64,000 bases of DNA from an uncultured virus (IMG/VR IMGVR_UViG_2930745263_000001). Taxonomy: Duplodnaviria; Heunggongvirae; Uroviricota; Caudoviricetes. The notes under the pieces were generated by a model. That model worked only from the letters and a program-made list of their open reading frames with translations. It was not told the origin of the DNA and made no database searches. Location: the IMG/VR virus record IMGVR_UViG_2930745263_000001; one strand, given 5' to 3'. Positions 17,961-26,592 of the stretch are shown here, piece by piece. The stretch's first letter is position 1. The number at the start of each line of letters is the position of its first letter. The position numbers were made by a program, and so were the translations under genes.

Positions 17961-18718
17961 CAGAGGGCCTGCTCGACGCTGAGGGCGAGCTTGTAGAAGT
18001 CCTCCCGCGCCCGGAGCGATGTTCCGGACTCGGGGTACTGGATGACGGTAAGTCCGTCCTCCGGGGCCTTGGAGTGAATCTTGTAGCGCCTTATGGCCTG
18101 GGCCGCGAAGGGGTAGTTGCGGCTGCGGCACCAGTCCCGCAGCTTCTCCAGCTCGGGGCGCACTCCGTCCTTCTCGCGGTCGTTCCCGGAGTCCCACATG
18201 TTGATGACGACGAGGAACTTCACGCCGCGGGGCTTGAGGACGCGCTCGATGGTGAACTCGGCCGGCCGGTGCGTCAGCCACTCGGGAGTGAGGGGGACCA
18301 GGGCGAGGTCGGTGTTCTGCAGGACTTCTTCCATGGCTTTGGCGGTGTTGCCGGTGCCAAGGGGGTCGGCGTCGAGAGGTGCGTCGGGGTCGGTTTCCAT
18401 GAAGCCGGGGGTGTCGACGAAGATCCGGGTAACCGCGGGGTCTGCGACGAGTTCGGGGATTTCGCCGATGCGGCCCTTGGTGACGACGTAGTCGAAGGGG
18501 AGCCGGTCTTCGGGGACGCGGGCGGACCAGTCTTCGAGGCTTCCCTGGCGGTCGATGCCGGCGGCAACGACGGGGCAGGGGGCGTCGGGCTTCTCGGGCG
18601 GGTTGTTCTGGCCGGACACGGCGGCAAGGTTGACGGCAAGGGTGCTCTTGCCGCTGCCGCCCTTCTGCTGGACCAGGGTGACGACCTTGGCGCGGGCGGT
18701 GTCGGTTTGGGAGGGCAT
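17960..18718 (-). CDS. parA: ParA-family partition ATPase
   Basis: Deviant Walker A QKGGSGKST, DRQGS, IFVDTPG, DLALVP. Confidence 0.93.
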   Translation of the reverse strand: MPSQTDTARAKVVTLVQQKGGSGKSTLAVNLAAVSGQNNPPEKPDAPCPVVAAGIDRQGSLEDWSARVPEDRLPFDYVVTKGRIGEIPELVADPAVTRIFVDTPGFMETDPDAPLDADPLGTGNTAKAMEEVLQNTDLALVPLTPEWLTHRPAEFTIERVLKPRGVKFLVVINMWDSGNDREKDGVRPELEKLRDWCRSRNYPFAAQAIRRYKIHSKAPEDGLTVIQYPESGTSLRAREDFYKLALSVEQAL

Positions 18719-18843
18719 ACTGCTTCTCTCTCCGTGGGCTTCCCCAAGTGGGTACTCGGACGTCCCACAGGATGCCACGCCGCCTGGGGCGCTTGGCGTC
18801 CAGCCCCGAACGCCACCCTTTTGAGCGTGTCGCTCACGGCTCG

Positions 18844-19617
18844 TCAGGCCGCCCCGAACACGGTCCGCACCGTCTGGTCGCCGGCCCCGTACTTCCGCTC
18901 GACGGCGGCCAGTCGCGCCCGCTCGGAATCTCGTATGGCCGCAGGGACGGTCTGCTCCATGGCTGCAACGGTCGCGGCGAACGCGGTCTCGGGCTCCCTG
19001 GCGGCGTCCTGGTTCTGGCGTGCGATGGCCTCGAGGACTCGCGGGTCAACGGTGCGGGGCTCGGGGCGGCGCACCGCGGCGAGCGTGGCCCGGTAGCCGG
19101 GGGATGCCGTGTCGCGGGTCTTCACCGGGCCCGGGTCGGCGGCGGCCGCGGGCAACACGGCTGCGGGCCGGCTCGAGGACTCTTCGTTCGCCAGAGCACC
19201 GACCGACAGGACGCGGATGGACCGGAGTACGTCCCTGCCGACCTTGTCGTTGACTCGCTTGCACAGCTGGCCGCCGAACAGCCGCAGCTGCGTGGCGTAT
19301 GCGGGTGAGGCTGGCCGGAGGTCGAGACGGCCGAGCTCAGCGTCGTACGCCACGGGTTCAGCGCGGCCTACGAGGTCGGGGCACAGGGTGGCCCACTGGT
19401 CGAGGATGCTGCCGCCCTCGAGGGAGAGTTCCCAGCCCTGCTCGGTGCTGATCTTGCCGAGGACTCCACCGAGGCCGATGGGTTCACGGCCGGAGCCGCG
19501 GTTGCGCTTGACCGTGCGGAGCTTCGGCTTGCTGGCCGGTGCGGTTTTCGCGGTGGCCTTGTACGCGGCAAGGGCCTGGCGGGCGAGGTCGGCGCCGGAT
19601 GCGGTCTTGTCGGTCAT
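18844..19617 (-). CDS. dciA: DciA (DUF721) family helicase-operator protein
   Basis: DLARQALAA...REPIGLGGVL...GW...ILDQWATL...LDLRPASPAYATQLRL; ATGA-coupled to rep. Confidence 0.75.
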   Translation of the reverse strand: MTDKTASGADLARQALAAYKATAKTAPASKPKLRTVKRNRGSGREPIGLGGVLGKISTEQGWELSLEGGSILDQWATLCPDLVGRAEPVAYDAELGRLDLRPASPAYATQLRLFGGQLCKRVNDKVGRDVLRSIRVLSVGALANEESSSRPAAVLPAAAADPGPVKTRDTASPGYRATLAAVRRPEPRTVDPRVLEAIARQNQDAAREPETAFAATVAAMEQTVPAAIRDSERARLAAVERKYGAGDQTVRTVFGAA

Positions 19618-20990
19618 GCCCACGCCTCCTGGCGGTCACGGCTCTTGCTGTCCTGGCGGATGGCGTAGGTGCAGAGGCGGACGCCGTAGAGGTCGAGGGC
19701 GTCGTCCGGGTCGTCGGCGTAGTGCTGGGCGACCTCGGGCCAGGTGTTCCAGTCGGTACGGCCGCGGAGCCGGTCTTCGTCGGTGCGCTCCGGCTCGTCG
19801 GCGGCCGCGGGGGCAAAGAGCGCGGCAAGGCCTGCGAGGCGTGCGGCTTCCCGGCCTGCGGTGCTGTCCTCCCAGGCCACCGAGTGCACCAGGTCGACCT
19901 CGATGGGCGCAGTGTTCTCGAGCTGGTCCTGGTCCGCAGTACGGAGCGCGGCAGCGATGAGGCGGTGGGGGCGGTCCGGCTGCCAGGCGAACCCGGCGGC
20001 GTGCTGGTGTCCGGTCTCGACGGCGAACCGCACGGCCTGGTCCACGGTCCACTGCTGTTCGCCCATGTCGGCGCACACCCATCGCAGCTGGTCGTGGGTG
20101 GCGTTACGGGTCCACGGGACGGCGCGGCGGATGGCGGTGGCGAGCTTCTCGCCGAGCTGCATGCCGGCGGCGGTGATGTGCGCACCGAGGATCGTGCCCC
20201 GCTTCTTGCTGCTGCCTGCTTGTGCCGGGATCTTCGTGGAGGGGGTGGGGGCGGTCTTGTTCGGCCGCTCCGCGGTAGTAGTTACACCCCCCACCATCTG
20301 AACCTTCTTCTCTACATCTGCTGAGGTAAGGGAAGGGGTCGCAAGAGATCGTTTAGCCGGGTTGTCCACAGGGTCCGAAGGGGCGTTGTCCACAGGCTCA
20401 ACGGGGGTGCTCGAGGGCCTGGTGTCGGGCATCGTCCGGTAGTCGCGGATGACCCGTGCCTCGTACCCGTTGCCGATGATCTGGTGGCCGAGGGCGTGGT
20501 CGTAGGCGGCGGGGATGACGGCGGCGTACACGGTGGCGGTGGCGGCGTATCCGGGGAGGCCGAGGAGGCGCTTCACGTTGCGTCGGCTGCCGCGCTGGGC
20601 CCAAGCGAGGGCGCCGAGCTGGCGGAGGTACTTCACGTGGCGGGCGACGTTGGACCGGTGGATGCCAAGGCGGTCCGCAGTGCCTTCGAGGTCGTAGCGG
20701 ACGTGCCCGGTGGAGTAGTCCATGCGGCGGGCGAGGTCCTGGGCGACGGCGAGGGTGGTCTGGTTGGCCTTCGGGTGGAGGCCGGCGGCGATGAGCCACT
20801 CGACGGCGCGGAGCCAGTTGCGGGGTCCGGTGTGCCGGGAGGCGGTGGTGTCGACGTCCATGTCGTCGGCGTGGACGGGCGTCCACGGGGCTGCCGGGAG
20901 GCACTGGGTGCCCTGTTCGGCGCAGGACTTTTGCCGCGTTTCGGGCGTCTGGGCGTGCTCAAGCTGACAAGCGGTGTGCGCGTACGGCAC
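19614..20990 (-). CDS. Putative replication initiator (N-terminal HTH; start may be 20862)
   Basis: TADRLGIHRSNVARHVKYLRQLGAL winged HTH, low-complexity linker carrying DnaA boxes, upstream of dciA and parA. Confidence 0.6.
   Translation of the reverse strand: MPYAHTACQLEHAQTPETRQKSCAEQGTQCLPAAPWTPVHADDMDVDTTASRHTGPRNWLRAVEWLIAAGLHPKANQTTLAVAQDLARRMDYSTGHVRYDLEGTADRLGIHRSNVARHVKYLRQLGALAWAQRGSRRNVKRLLGLPGYAATATVYAAVIPAAYDHALGHQIIGNGYEARVIRDYRTMPDTRPSSTPVEPVDNAPSDPVDNPAKRSLATPSLTSADVEKKVQMVGGVTTTAERPNKTAPTPSTKIPAQAGSSKKRGTILGAHITAAGMQLGEKLATAIRRAVPWTRNATHDQLRWVCADMGEQQWTVDQAVRFAVETGHQHAAGFAWQPDRPHRLIAAALRTADQDQLENTAPIEVDLVHSVAWEDSTAGREAARLAGLAALFAPAAADEPERTDEDRLRGRTDWNTWPEVAQHYADDPDDALDLYGVRLCTYAIRQDSKSRDRQEAWA
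20275..20394. other. Putative replication origin: two perfect DnaA boxes plus an adjacent lower-GC stretch
   Basis: TTGTCCACA at 20362-20370 and 20386-20394. Confidence 0.55.
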
Positions 20991-21085
20991 TATGGACCTC
21001 GTTCCGGTCTAGGCCGGGACGCCAAAAGGGCCCCGGTTGTGGGTCTTGGTTCTGCTCGAACCTGAAAGTCGCTCGACCTGATCGG

Positions 21086-21180
21086 CCCCGGTCGCCAAAC
21101 CGGAAGTCGTGAGTCGGGCCTTAGCTCGGTCGCCAAACCGAGCCGTGGTAGTCGGCCGCGCACGGTGTCGCCAAACACCA
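21086..21180 (-). ncRNA. Structured leader/antisense RNA: three hairpins with identical loops
   Basis: ccggt-CGCCAA-accgg, gctcggt-CGCCAA-accgagc and ggtgt-CGCCAA-acacc; outer stems differ but remain paired. Confidence 0.6.
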
Positions 21181-21241
21181 GCGGCCAGCGGTAGAGGAAG
21201 TGCCCCCGCCAAGGGGCCCAGGACCTCCCGCTAGGAAGTCG

Positions 21242-21520
21242 CTACGTCACCTGATCCCCCTTGCTGGGCGAGGTCTGCTGTCCCGCAGCATCGGCGTGCG
21301 GGTGGTCTCGGATGGTCTTCTCATCGGGCAGCACATGGCCGTCAACGGTCCATGCGATGTACCGGCGTTGGGCCCCGGCGATTTCAGCGAGAGCCCGGTG
21401 GTTGCCTGCGTGCCCGTTCTGAAGGTTGCAGAGCGACCCGAAGTCATAGGGGTTGGTGTCGCCCCCGGGGTACCTGGAGGTGCACAAGACGTCGTCGTCG
21501 AGCCACGGAATGCCGCTCAT
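21242..21520 (-). CDS. Hypothetical protein
   Basis: ATGA coupling; C...CNLQNGHAGNH motif. Confidence 0.55.
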   Translation of the reverse strand: MSGIPWLDDDVLCTSRYPGGDTNPYDFGSLCNLQNGHAGNHRALAEIAGAQRRYIAWTVDGHVLPDEKTIRDHPHADAAGQQTSPSKGDQVT

Positions 21521-21963
21521 CGCTCGCTCTCCGTCCAGCCGTAGCCCTCCGCGAGGTGGCGGAGCGTTGAGCAGGGGTGCGGGCTGGCGGTGCGGAAGGA
21601 GACCGAGTTTCCCTCGCTGTCCTCCTCCGCCTCCTCGGGGCGTGCGCAGGTGACGCATCCGCCCGTGCCGTCCGGCCGATGCTCCGCAATGAGCTTCCGG
21701 TCGGCGGCGCAGCGGCGCAGGACCGAGGCGGGGTCGTTCAGGGCGATGTGGTTGGAGGTCTGCTGCTTCATGGATTCGTAGAGGTCGCCGTACATGATGC
21801 CGTCCGCGACGGTGTCGCCGCCTGGCAGGTCAACGACGACCTCGCGATCCGACCCGTTCCAGCTTTCACCACCCACGGCCTTCGAGGCTGCACGGGCGGT
21901 TTCCTCATACCTGGTGATGGCGTGGTCCAGGTAGGCGAGGATGTCCTCGCCCTGGGCGGTCAC
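21517..21963 (-). CDS. DUF6221-like protein
   Basis: HIALNDPASVLRRCAADRKLIAEH...CSTLRHLAEGYGW. Confidence 0.7.
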   Translation of the reverse strand: MTAQGEDILAYLDHAITRYEETARAASKAVGGESWNGSDREVVVDLPGGDTVADGIMYGDLYESMKQQTSNHIALNDPASVLRRCAADRKLIAEHRPDGTGGCVTCARPEEAEEDSEGNSVSFRTASPHPCSTLRHLAEGYGWTESER

Positions 21964-22345
21964 GCGGCTGTGTGGGTAGTGGTGACAGGGGCCGCGTGCA
22001 TCGGCGGTGTGATCTTCACGCCGGAAACGTCGGGCCTACTGTCTGCGGGGGCTGGGCCCCGGGTACTCTTCTGCATGTCGACACCTTCTCTAGGGGGTGT
22101 TGGCCGGCCGTAGAAGTCGGAGGTGACTGTCTGCGGCACCGGCTCCGCGTCGATCCCGGTTACCAGCCGGGGGAGCGGAGCCGTTCTATTTGCTTGTGAG
22201 CACCCGATAACTGAGTAGTCGTCTGGTGCAAGGCACAGCCTACCTTTTCGAGTGACCACTTGTCTGCCTCCTCGCTGATCGTGTTGTGCGGGGGTCTTCT
22301 TGTCGGATCGTCAGCTCACCGCACGCCTGTGCGGGCATGAGACGC

Positions 22346-22383
22346 TGTCCTATACTTTTGCGACAGTAATAACGTGATCTTGC
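22346..22383 (+). repeat. 38-bp inverted repeat, left copy
   Basis: TGTCCTATACTTTTGCGACAGTAATAACGTGATCTTGC is the exact reverse complement of 33784-33821. Confidence 0.95.
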
Positions 22384-22402
22384 AAGGCTGGCCTGGCACC
22401 CC

Positions 22403-22834
22403 TCAAGACGCCCTGGCCAGCAAAAAGGAAGGTACAGACTCGGCCACCACCGCCCGGATAGGGTGGACTTGACCCCCGTCCTCACCCGGTGGCGGGTCCT
22501 CGGTGGCACGGCGGTTCGCCCGGCCCGCAGCAGCAGCCCGGGTGCACCTGAGGCAGCGGCACTTGAGGATGTTGTACCGGTACTCGTCGTGCGGCACCCC
22601 CTCCTGCCGCACCTTCTGCCCCACCACCCGCGCCTCCTTCAACGCGGCAGCGAACTCGCGGTCGATGCGGGTCTGCCTCCTGGGGGTGACACGGTTGATG
22701 CCCAACTGGGTGGCGGCGTCGCCGAGGTGCATGCCGTGCCGGACTAGTTCGAGGTATGCGGCGCGCATCGGTTCGTCGAAGACGGTCGGCTGACCGCGGC
22801 CGCGTGACGGCTGGCGGGAAGGGGGCTGGGTCAC
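22403..22834 (-). CDS. HTH protein with Cys motif
   Basis: GMHLGDAATQLGINR; HDEYRY...CRCLRC. Confidence 0.6.
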   Translation of the reverse strand: MTQPPSRQPSRGRGQPTVFDEPMRAAYLELVRHGMHLGDAATQLGINRVTPRRQTRIDREFAAALKEARVVGQKVRQEGVPHDEYRYNILKCRCLRCTRAAAAGRANRRATEDPPPGEDGGQVHPIRAVVAESVPSFLLARAS

Positions 22835-23250
22835 GGGTGCTCACCCCGCACCATGCTGTCGACGGTGGGGGCTTCGTCGTCGGCGGGGTGCCGGGGCGGG
22901 TGAATGGCGGCGGATCGGCCGGCGAGACGCCCCATGGCGACGTACCCGGCAACATCGAGCTCGGCGCGCAGCTTCCGCAGGGCGTCCGGTGCCCACGTCG
23001 GCCGGGCAGCGGTCTTCCCCGCCTGGTAGCCGACGGCAAGGGCGGCCTCCCACACGGCGCGCACCAACACGGGGTCCCCGTCCGGGAAGAGGAGCTCGGG
23101 GAGTTTCCCGGGGCGGCTGACGGATTCGAGCATGCCGTGGGTGATGAGGCCGGCGAGGTAGTCCCCGGAGGTCTGGCAGACGTCGGCGAGCGCCTGGTCG
23201 ACGGTTGCGGTGTCCGGGGTGGCCGCGGGGGCGGTGGGTGGTGTGGTCAT
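22831..23250 (-). CDS. Hypothetical protein
   Basis: ATGA-coupled; GGAG RBS. Confidence 0.55.
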   Translation of the reverse strand: MTTPPTAPAATPDTATVDQALADVCQTSGDYLAGLITHGMLESVSRPGKLPELLFPDGDPVLVRAVWEAALAVGYQAGKTAARPTWAPDALRKLRAELDVAGYVAMGRLAGRSAAIHPPRHPADDEAPTVDSMVRGEHP

Positions 23251-24113
23251 GCGGCAGGCTCCAGAACAGGGGTCGGGGCGGCCAGATCGGCGGCCGGGAA
23301 CAGGGCGCGGGGGCGGAGCAGGCGGGTCAGGATGCTGACCCGTCGAGGACGGCGTCGGGCCCGGGGCTGCGGGACGAGGAGCGCCGCGGGGATACCGGGC
23401 GCTATGCGGCGCTGGCGGGCCCCGTCCGTCGTGGGGGCCGCGGCGACCGGCCACAGCCCGTCCCACACAACCCGGGTCGACGCAGGAAGCACCCCGTGGC
23501 GGAGCGCTTCGAGGAGAAGCTCGTCACGGGTCGCGGTCTCCCGGTCCAGGCCGAACAGGGAGCACAGGGCGGAGCGGTGCCAGTTGCAGGTCCGCACGTC
23601 CATGCCAGCCCGGCGGGCAACCCGCTCGTCGTACAGCTCGACAGCCAGGGCGTCCAGGACGGCGAGCTTCTGCGGGGTGCGGGCGTCGTCGATGTTCCGT
23701 ACCGGCGCCGCCGCAGGGGCGGCGTCCGTGGTCTCTCCGACCGTCGCAGCATGCCGGCGGGCGATCAGCGCACGATGCCGGGTTAGCGCCAGTTCCCCGC
23801 CGAGGATCCCCTCCGGTTCAACGAGGTGCTCCACCCCTGTCTCGTCCACCGTCGTGGTGTTGGCGTACACCCGGCACAGGGCCAGGACCGGGCACCGGCC
23901 GCAGATCGCCATGGCGGCCTTCTCCCGGGCCAGGCGTACCCGCTGCGCCTCAGCACCGTCATCCGTGTACGGGCCCCACGCATCCACGGGCACGTCCGGG
24001 TCCCCCGCCGACATGCGCGGGTCCTCCGTATCGGGGGCGCACCCGCGGTACTTGTAGTGCCGGGCGTCGACCAGGTGCTGCCGGGCGGCAATGCTGTCCG
24101 TGGTGGTGCTCAT
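23247..24113 (-). CDS. WhiB-like domain fused to a LuxR-like HTH
   Basis: RGC...AICGRCPVLALC...EGILGGE; TPQKLAVLDALA...ERVARRAGMDVRTCNWHRSALCSLFG. Confidence 0.6.
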   Translation of the reverse strand: MSTTTDSIAARQHLVDARHYKYRGCAPDTEDPRMSAGDPDVPVDAWGPYTDDGAEAQRVRLAREKAAMAICGRCPVLALCRVYANTTTVDETGVEHLVEPEGILGGELALTRHRALIARRHAATVGETTDAAPAAAPVRNIDDARTPQKLAVLDALAVELYDERVARRAGMDVRTCNWHRSALCSLFGLDRETATRDELLLEALRHGVLPASTRVVWDGLWPVAAAPTTDGARQRRIAPGIPAALLVPQPRARRRPRRVSILTRLLRPRALFPAADLAAPTPVLEPAA

Positions 24114-24406
24114 GTCGGGTCCCCCTCGTGCGGGTGGTGCGGGTAGTGCGGTGTGCGGGCCAGCTCCGCGGTGACGATCGCCTCCGCCTCCGCCAGGACC
24201 TGCCCGGCGACCTCGGCCGCCCGCTGCTCGTCGACCAGGACCCGGATGCGGGCCCGAAACGCGTCCATGTCGCGGTGGTCCGCGGCCCGCGTCAACCGGA
24301 CCGCAGCCCGCTCCGCGCGGATCGCGTGCTGCAGGCGGCGCAGCTGCCACACGGCAGCGCCCGTCAACGTCAGGGCGGCCGCAGCGCCCAGCAGGATCAG
24401 GTACAT
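24110..24406 (-). CDS. Single-TM coiled-coil protein
   Basis: GGAGG RBS; MYLILLGAAAALTLTGAAVW. Confidence 0.55.
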   Translation of the reverse strand: MYLILLGAAAALTLTGAAVWQLRRLQHAIRAERAAVRLTRAADHRDMDAFRARIRVLVDEQRAAEVAGQVLAEAEAIVTAELARTPHYPHHPHEGDPT

Positions 24407-24679
24407 CGGTGTCGCCTCCTCCATGTCGGGGCGCCGCAGGGGTGGGGTGGGGTTCATCGGGGGTACCGGTCGGGGCGGTAGCGGGTGTACTCCTCGGGCA
24501 GCGGCGGCATACGGCCTGTCAGGTGCCGCCACAGGGCCACACCGAACGGGGCGACCAGCAGCAGGAACAAGACGACGCAGACGGACACGACGACCACAGC
24601 GGGCCTCCCTAGGGGGTGCGGGGAATGGAACGGCCGGCCCCATGGCGGGACCGGCCGGTGATGCAGGGTGGTGCGGTGG

Positions 24680-25573
24680 TCAGGCGGCGACGAGCGATCG
24701 GGTGAGACCGGCCCGCGCGGCAAGGACCCGGAGAGCGGCCTCGGCCTGCTGGGGGACAACACCGTTGCCGAGGGCGTGAAGCTCCTCGCTACGGGTGAGG
24801 CCCGGGACGTCGGTGACGTGGCCCGCGGGCAGGCCCATCATCCACTCCACAGCAGTCGTGCTCAGGCGTCCCATAGCGTTGACTGGGTGAGGGGCAGGAC
24901 GCCCTGTGGTGAGCTCCCGGCGCCGGACGGCGGGCTCGTACTTGCCCCAGGAATCGGCGTTGCTGTCGCACGTTCCGTCAGCAGGTGCTCCACCTCGTCC
25001 GCCAGTGTCGGGCCATGCCCCCCCCCCGCCTTCCTCTTGTCCGGGTGCTGCGACCCGCCATTCGATCCGAGGTTCGCGGTCGGCGTCTTGAGCAACGGCA
25101 AGGAGGATGAGCCGGCGGCGAGGGTGGGGAGCTCCGGCGTCCGACGCGCGAAGACACAGCCACTCCGCATCGAACCGGAGGCGGGCAAGGTCGGCGAGGA
25201 CGGTGTCGAATCCGAGCCGAAGGTGATTCCCGACGTTCTCAAAGACCGCGATGCGGGGTCGTAGTACGCCAAGGGAATGGGCGATGTGGGGCCAGATGTG
25301 CCGCTCATCCGCGGTTCCTCTCTTCTCGCCGGCGATGCTGAACGGCTGGCACGGGTAGCCGCCGCAGTAGATGTCGACGGGTTCGACGGCGGCCCAGTCG
25401 ACGGCCTTGAGGTCGCCCAGGTTGGGGGTGTCGGGCCAGTGGTGGGCGAGGATCTTGTTCGCCCCGGGGTCGATGTCCGACACCCACGCTGTCGTCCCGC
25501 CGAATACGGCCTCCACGGCCATATCGAGCCCGCGGTACCCGGAGCAGACGGAGCCGATCCGGGGCCCGGCCAT
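24680..25573 (-). CDS. DNA (cytosine-5) methyltransferase
   Basis: Motif I SVCSGYRGLD, IV GGYPCQPFS, VI FENV, VIII HPRRRLI, IX/X EWMMGLP...LGNGVVPQQA. Confidence 0.92.
   Translation of the reverse strand: MAGPRIGSVCSGYRGLDMAVEAVFGGTTAWVSDIDPGANKILAHHWPDTPNLGDLKAVDWAAVEPVDIYCGGYPCQPFSIAGEKRGTADERHIWPHIAHSLGVLRPRIAVFENVGNHLRLGFDTVLADLARLRFDAEWLCLRASDAGAPHPRRRLILLAVAQDADREPRIEWRVAAPGQEEGGGGAWPDTGGRGGAPADGTCDSNADSWGKYEPAVRRRELTTGRPAPHPVNAMGRLSTTAVEWMMGLPAGHVTDVPGLTRSEELHALGNGVVPQQAEAALRVLAARAGLTRSLVAA
24862..25308 (-). CDS. Nested alternative-frame ORF within the methyltransferase (putative second subunit)
   Basis: Own GAGGA RBS; TLPASGSMRSG, LLKTPTA and GPTLADEVEHLL motifs recognised from phage C5-MTase overlapping ORFs. 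Confidence 0.55.
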   Translation of the reverse strand: MSGTSGPTSPIPLAYYDPASRSLRTSGITFGSDSTPSSPTLPASGSMRSGCVFARRTPELPTLAAGSSSLPLLKTPTANLGSNGGSQHPDKRKAGGGHGPTLADEVEHLLTERATATPIPGASTSPPSGAGSSPQGVLPLTQSTLWDA

Positions 25574-26502
25574 TAGGCGGCGCTCCTCTGCGCGTGCGCG
25601 GACTCCAGCATCTCCAGCAGATCCCGGAACGACATCGGCTGACGCTCCGGCGGCGGGCCCGGCACCTCCCAGTCGATGACGTCTTCCTCGTCGGCGGCGC
25701 CACGTACCTGAGTGAGCACGTCCCGGTTGTGACGATGCTCGATCGCCTGCGCGTACAGCGTGTTCAGCACCGCCTGCTTCCCGTCCTTCGCCTGGCCCGC
25801 AACCCGCGGGGTGCGGGCCGCAGTGGCGGGAGCGGGCGCAGCGGGTGTCGCCATGGGGCCGGGGGTGCTGTCGTCGCTCTCCTGCTGGGCGGTGGGCTCC
25901 GGGCGCACCGGGGGATCGACCGGCTCCGGCTCCGGGGGCTGCGCCTGCGGCTTCCACTCCTGCGGCGGGTGCGCGGCAGAGAACCCCACTACCGCGTCCT
26001 TTGACCCATCGTTGTACAAGGACAGGCCGAACTGGTCGCCAAGGTTCACCGCGCACCGCTTCAGGGCCTGAGAGAACGCCGTCTTCATCGCCATGTCGTG
26101 GGCGTCGCCAAGGGAAGGCTGGTTCACGGAGTCGCCGGCCGCTCCGTCGTCGAAGTAGCCGATCGGGGTTCCGTGGGAGTCCTTCACGATCAGGCGGACC
26201 TGGGCGCGGTACACGACTGTCCAGCGGGACTTGTCGCCGGTCTTCTTCTCGTTCTGGGCCACGAGGTCGAGGCTGATGGTCTCGATGTCGAAGCCGCCGA
26301 ATCCGAAGATTCGGATCAGCTGGCGGCGGACGTCCCAAGCTTCGAGGTGGGACATGCCGCGGAGGTTGCGGACCCGGTTGCCGTTGATGCCTCCATGGAG
26401 CATCCGCAGCTGGTAGGGCGAGAAGCGGGGGGTCTGGTTTTGGGTGTGCGTGGTGGGGCCCTCCGCCGTTGTGCTGGCGGGGGCCTCAGTGGTGGTAGCC
26501 AC
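25573..26502 (-). CDS. Rad52/22-family (Sak-like) single-strand annealing protein
   Basis: SHLEAWDVRRQLIRIFGFGG...AHDMAMKTAFSQALKRCAVNLGDQFGLSLY. Confidence 0.88.
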   Translation of the reverse strand: MATTTEAPASTTAEGPTTHTQNQTPRFSPYQLRMLHGGINGNRVRNLRGMSHLEAWDVRRQLIRIFGFGGFDIETISLDLVAQNEKKTGDKSRWTVVYRAQVRLIVKDSHGTPIGYFDDGAAGDSVNQPSLGDAHDMAMKTAFSQALKRCAVNLGDQFGLSLYNDGSKDAVVGFSAAHPPQEWKPQAQPPEPEPVDPPVRPEPTAQQESDDSTPGPMATPAAPAPATAARTPRVAGQAKDGKQAVLNTLYAQAIEHRHNRDVLTQVRGAADEEDVIDWEVPGPPPERQPMSFRDLLEMLESAHAQRSAA

Positions 26503-26592
26503 GAGGTCTCTTTCCTCTATGCGGTGGAAACGCTGCGGTGCTGCGGGTGTGGGCCCTGTGTCGGCATTGCAGGCCCACACCCGCCAGGGCGC

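Noticed and set aside
21086..21180. GTCGCCAAAC repeats as a mini-CRISPR
   Set aside because: Only a 10-bp core in three copies, and no cas genes.
24680..25573. Restriction-modification system
   Set aside because: No neighbouring endonuclease was recognised; it appears to be an orphan methyltransferase.
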